Of a stretch of 64,000 nt of DNA, positions 58,629 to 64,000 are shown piece by piece. Origin of the DNA: an uncultured Candidatus Saccharibacteria bacterium. GTDB lineage: Bacteria > Patescibacteriota > Minisyncoccia > Phycocordibacterales > UBA918. The stretch's first letter is position 1; each line of letters starts with the position of its first letter. Where the stretch lies: contig CAZWYM010000001.1 in assembly GCA_964638425.1 (NCBI GenBank), positions 74,441 to 138,440 of the forward strand. Direction: 5' to 3'. The position numbers and the translations under genes were made by a program. Below the pieces are notes generated by a model. It was not told the origin of the DNA. It worked only from the letters and a program-made list of their open reading frames with translations, and did no database searches.

Positions 58629-60050
58629 CTATGCAATCCCCTTCTCTTTATCGTAGATTTTTTTTCCGAAATCAAAGAGTCGTTCATCGCCGGCGTGTGG
58701 TGCTATATATTGTACCCCAATTGGGAGCGCAATTCCTTCTCTCTCTACAGTTCCACTAGGAATAGAAATAGCCGGAACTCCAATGAGGTTTGCGGGAACG
58801 GTAAATATATCAGCGAGGTACATAGATAGAGGATCTTTCTTCTCACCAATTTTAAATGCTGGTGTTGGTGCTGTTGGTGTCATGATGATATCGACATCTT
58901 TAAATACAGCGTTGAGTTCATCACGCATCATTGTACGAACAAGTTCTGCCTTTCCGTAGTACGCATCATAGTATCCAGCAGAAAGTACGTACGTTCCGAG
59001 AATAATTCGTCGCTTTACCTCTTCACCAAATCCTGTTGCGCGGGTCTTCATATAATCTTCGAGGAGTGTGTCGCCCTCTACACGAAGTCCAAAACGCATA
59101 CCATCGTATCGTGCAAGGTTAGAAGATACCTCTGCTGGCATCACAATGTAGTACGCTGCGAGTCCCTGCTTCATGAGCGGAAGTGACACGTCGATAACTT
59201 CGTGCCCTTGCGCGACGAGGTCTGCAACGGTTTTATTAAAAACTTCGAGAACATCCGCATCCATTCCCTCCCCGAGAAAATCACGTGGTATACCAATGCG
59301 ATACTTTTCCTTTGCTGAAACTGGCGGGAATGTATCTTCTTCAATTGTCGTTGCGTCGAATCTATCCTTACCACTCATCACCTCAAAAAGAATTTCTGCA
59401 TCACGTACTGAGTTTGTGAACGTCCCTGCTTGGTCGAGTGATGAACCCATCGCAATGAGACCGTGTCGTGAAATTCTTCCATATGTCGGTTTGAATCCTA
59501 TGTTCCCACAGAAACTTGCGGGAAGGCGTACCGAACCTCCTGTGTCAGTACCGAGCGCTGCGACTGAAGCACCCATAGCGACCGCAGCACCTGACCCACC
59601 TGAAGAACCTCCTGGTACGCGACTCGTGTCGACAGGGTTTTTAGTCATTCCGAATGCAGAATTTTCTGTTGATGAACCCATCGCGAACTCATCAAGGTTT
59701 GTTCCTCCCATAAAGATAACTCCCTGCTCCTTCAATCGAGCGATTACTGTTGCATCATAAGGAGCAACATAGTTTTCAAGCATTTTCGATGCTGCAGTTG
59801 TTCGCTTTCCTTGTATGAGAATATTGTTTTTGTTTGCAATCGGCATTCCGAGGAGCATCGGCGCTGACTCTCCTTCTTTTGCATAGCGCTCAGTTGCCTC
59901 TTTTGCTCCTTCTTCTGCATCATCATACACTTCAAGAAATGCGTGAATGTCGGCATCTTGCGCATCAATAATTGCACGCATATCCTTGTACGCTTGGAGT
60001 GGAGTGTATGATCCCTCTATGAATTTTTTTCGAAGTTCGGTAATTGTCAT
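58629..60050 (-). CDS. gatA: Glu/Asp-tRNA amidotransferase subunit A
   Basis: DEFAMGSSTE, GGSSGGS, GTDTGGSVR, GTYVLSAGYYDAYY. Confidence 0.97.
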   Translation of the reverse strand: MTITELRKKFIEGSYTPLQAYKDMRAIIDAQDADIHAFLEVYDDAEEGAKEATERYAKEGESAPMLLGMPIANKNNILIQGKRTTAASKMLENYVAPYDATVIARLKEQGVIFMGGTNLDEFAMGSSTENSAFGMTKNPVDTSRVPGGSSGGSGAAVAMGASVAALGTDTGGSVRLPASFCGNIGFKPTYGRISRHGLIAMGSSLDQAGTFTNSVRDAEILFEVMSGKDRFDATTIEEDTFPPVSAKEKYRIGIPRDFLGEGMDADVLEVFNKTVADLVAQGHEVIDVSLPLMKQGLAAYYIVMPAEVSSNLARYDGMRFGLRVEGDTLLEDYMKTRATGFGEEVKRRIILGTYVLSAGYYDAYYGKAELVRTMMRDELNAVFKDVDIIMTPTAPTPAFKIGEKKDPLSMYLADIFTVPANLIGVPAISIPSGTVEREGIALPIGVQYIAPHAGDERLFDFGKKIYDKEKGIA

Positions 60051-60051
60051 A

Positions 60052-60345
60052 CTATGATTTTTCGCCAATGATTTTCTTTACCTTTACGTACTGTCCGTCT
60101 CGTTCTGGAGCAAGGTTGAGGAGATCTTCGGTGTACTTACCTGCTTCATGCGGCTGTCCGTCTTCACGCATCACGTTGTAGAGTGCACCCACGACTTTTT
60201 TCTCCTCACTACTTCCGGTGATTTCTTCAATTTCGCTCACGTACCCGAGAATACTCGTAATATCATGTGCAATATTTTCTGCTTCAGCATCGCCAATTTC
60301 AATACGGGCGAGCTTTGCTAGGTGCGCAACATCTTCTCGTTTCAT
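60052..60345 (-). CDS. gatC: Amidotransferase subunit C
   Basis: HLAKLARI, NVMRED, YVKVKKI; directly upstream of gatA. Confidence 0.93.
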   Translation of the reverse strand: MKREDVAHLAKLARIEIGDAEAENIAHDITSILGYVSEIEEITGSSEEKKVVGALYNVMREDGQPHEAGKYTEDLLNLAPERDGQYVKVKKIIGEKS

Positions 60346-60409
60346 AATGAGGGTATAGTAGCACTACGTAACTAAACTCGCCACTTTATATCAAGTTATA
60401 TCAAGTTTT

Positions 60410-60453
60410 GAACATACATCATAACGTACGGCCGTACGTTATGATGTATGTTC
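60410..60453. repeat. Perfect 44-bp palindrome
   Basis: gaacatacatcataacgtacgg|ccgtacgttatgatgtatgttc. Confidence 0.9.
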
Positions 60454-60500
60454 CGTATTATGTTAAAAGATACACGTAGGGTCAAAGAACTCATCACTCG

Positions 60501-62549
<2,049 letters not shown>

Positions 62550-62617
62550 TCAGTTTCAGAGTTGTAACATAACCAATCATTCAAAAAGCAGAAAGCAGGC
62601 GTCGTTTGATCTCCATA

Positions 62618-62740
62618 GGAGCTTAAAGAATTGAGGAAAGTTCGAGGCGAAACAAGGTTTTTGAATGAGACGTACATAACGTACGTTGAATGAAAAAAGC
62701 GCTGTTTCAACAAAGAAATTTGCCAATTCTTTAGGCTCCT
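62618..62740. repeat. Structured intergenic repeat (core E) with 17-bp terminal inverted repeats
   Basis: aggagcttaaagaattg...caattctttaggctcct; core cgaggc...tgagacgtacataacgtacgttga. Confidence 0.65.
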
Positions 62741-62742
62741 GG

Positions 62743-63309
62743 TTAATAGACTTGGGTGTATTCGCGCTCCACCACCCTCCCCCCTCCCGCAATACTCGCA
62801 CACGTCACATTGTACCCACGTGACTGCACCACAGTACACACAGACCCTGCTGGGCAATCTCCACTTGGACGCATATTAACTCCATTTACGGTTACAGGGA
62901 CAGGATTTGTTGCGTTATAAAATTTATAAATACTCATCTCAGTACATATTTCTGGACTCCCCCAACTAAATCTGAATCGCTGTTCGCTTCCGCTTGTAAC
63001 ATTTCCCGAATTTAAATCTGAAGCAGATGGCTTATCGAAACACGGAATGCTCGTTCGCGCTGTTGTCCCGGTGACAACTTGGTTGAATTTATTATTTACC
63101 TGATCTTGGTATACAGCGCACTCCATACCAGCACTCGCTGCTTGAAAGGCAACTTCAGAAACAACAGCAATCCCAGATAACTGGAATTGCTTCAGAGTGA
63201 CATTGAGAAGTGACGAACTCACTCCCAGAAGGACACCCATAAGGAGGAGTGTGATAAGAAGTGTAATACCATCTTGATTACCATTGATGCGTGTTGGTTT
63301 AATCTTCAT
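62743..63309 (-). CDS. PilX-like minor pilin
   Basis: GITLLITLLL, AFQAASAGMECA, VQSRGYN, VERE. Confidence 0.75.
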   Translation of the reverse strand: MKIKPTRINGNQDGITLLITLLLMGVLLGVSSSLLNVTLKQFQLSGIAVVSEVAFQAASAGMECAVYQDQVNNKFNQVVTGTTARTSIPCFDKPSASDLNSGNVTSGSEQRFRFSWGSPEICTEMSIYKFYNATNPVPVTVNGVNMRPSGDCPAGSVCTVVQSRGYNVTCASIAGGGRVVEREYTQVY

Positions 63310-63880
63310 AGCGTTTGTAATGATTATATACCCATGACTGCAACTTGATGCTTCGTGCATTCCCAGAAGCTCCGAAAATCTTTGCATCCCACGTCACTTC
63401 AACCGTAACGGGTACCCACTCGTTGGTCGATGGTCCAACAAATACCTTTCGAGTAAAGAGCGAATCTACTCCCCCGGCTTGATAATTGTAAGCTCCCGTT
63501 GCACTTACTCTTAACTTACATGCATTGTTACTCCCACATGTTTCAAAGGCTTTACTGACGACGTCAAATGCGCACCCGTTTGTATTTTTACAATCACTGA
63601 CCAAATTACCGTACCAATTCCATGTATTCCCTCCTGGATCGGTATCATACGCATCGAGCGCATCACTATCGCGCAATTCCCGAACTGCCTCAATTGCTTC
63701 TTGCGCAAGAAATACTGCAGTTACTTGCTCGTTTGCAAAGTATGCGTTTTGGATCCCCTTCTGAGCAACCGTCATCGGGCCAATAATCACGAGGAGGAGT
63801 ACTGTAATAGCAACGAGGGTCTCAACAAGGGTAAATCCTGAGTGATGTGTGTTACGTGTTTTTATTGAAGTTGTGTACAT
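63299..63880 (-). CDS. Type IV prepilin-like protein (PilV-like)
   Basis: GFTLVETLVAI prepilin cleavage/methylation motif. Confidence 0.88.
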   Translation of the reverse strand: MYTTSIKTRNTHHSGFTLVETLVAITVLLLVIIGPMTVAQKGIQNAYFANEQVTAVFLAQEAIEAVRELRDSDALDAYDTDPGGNTWNWYGNLVSDCKNTNGCAFDVVSKAFETCGSNNACKLRVSATGAYNYQAGGVDSLFTRKVFVGPSTNEWVPVTVEVTWDAKIFGASGNARSIKLQSWVYNHYKRYED

Positions 63881-63885
63881 ATGTG

Positions 63886-64000
63886 TTATATAACATCGAG
63901 ACGACGTCCCACCATGTGCGTTTGAATATTGAAGTCAGTATTGGTATCCAAGCCGTTATTGACATGTCCTTTGACGGACAAGTCAGCGGTTGGTTGATTT
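63886..64000 (-). CDS. C-terminus of a probable minor pilin (5' end outside window)
   Basis: ...NQPTADLSVKG...FNIQTHMVGRRLDVI*, co-oriented with the pilin genes. Confidence 0.55.
   Translation of the reverse strand, partial: NQPTADLSVKGHVNNGLDTNTDFNIQTHMVGRRLDVI

Overview
The window looks like a Patescibacteria (CPR, probably Parcubacteria-like) chromosome segment. This is inferred from gene content, the scarcity of Shine-Dalgarno sites, extended -10 boxes just before start codons, a short prfB and type IV pilin-like genes. Layout: 1-7.8 kb holds small accessory genes (SOUL, GH3, DUF2200, Fic). 8-18.5 kb is a defence operon (HTH-hsdM-hsdS-hsdR-KAP NTPase-membrane protein). 21.4-31.8 kb is a capsid-less phage-like element (TIR + caspase, LexA-like switch, ParB-methylase, TerS/TerL, thermonuclease, large serine recombinase). 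31.8-47.5 kb is a co-oriented metal/envelope cluster (ZntA, PPIase, HflK, HflC, CDF-HflK fusion, M23, DsbA x2, cysteine desulfurase). 47.5-64 kb is core genome (prsW, pyrG, ftsEX, prfB, gatCA, ligA, pilins) with six tRNAs, including tRNA-fMet with a group I intron. The most striking unexplained signal is a set of 110-190 bp structured elements stacked behind tRNA genes. At least three shared core sequences recur at different tRNAs, each bracketed by one sense and one antisense copy of the T-arm/acceptor end of its own neighbouring tRNA. One such stack lies 27 kb from the 5' remnant of its matching tRNA-Gln, which suggests the island boundaries. All calls are by eye; no database search was run.
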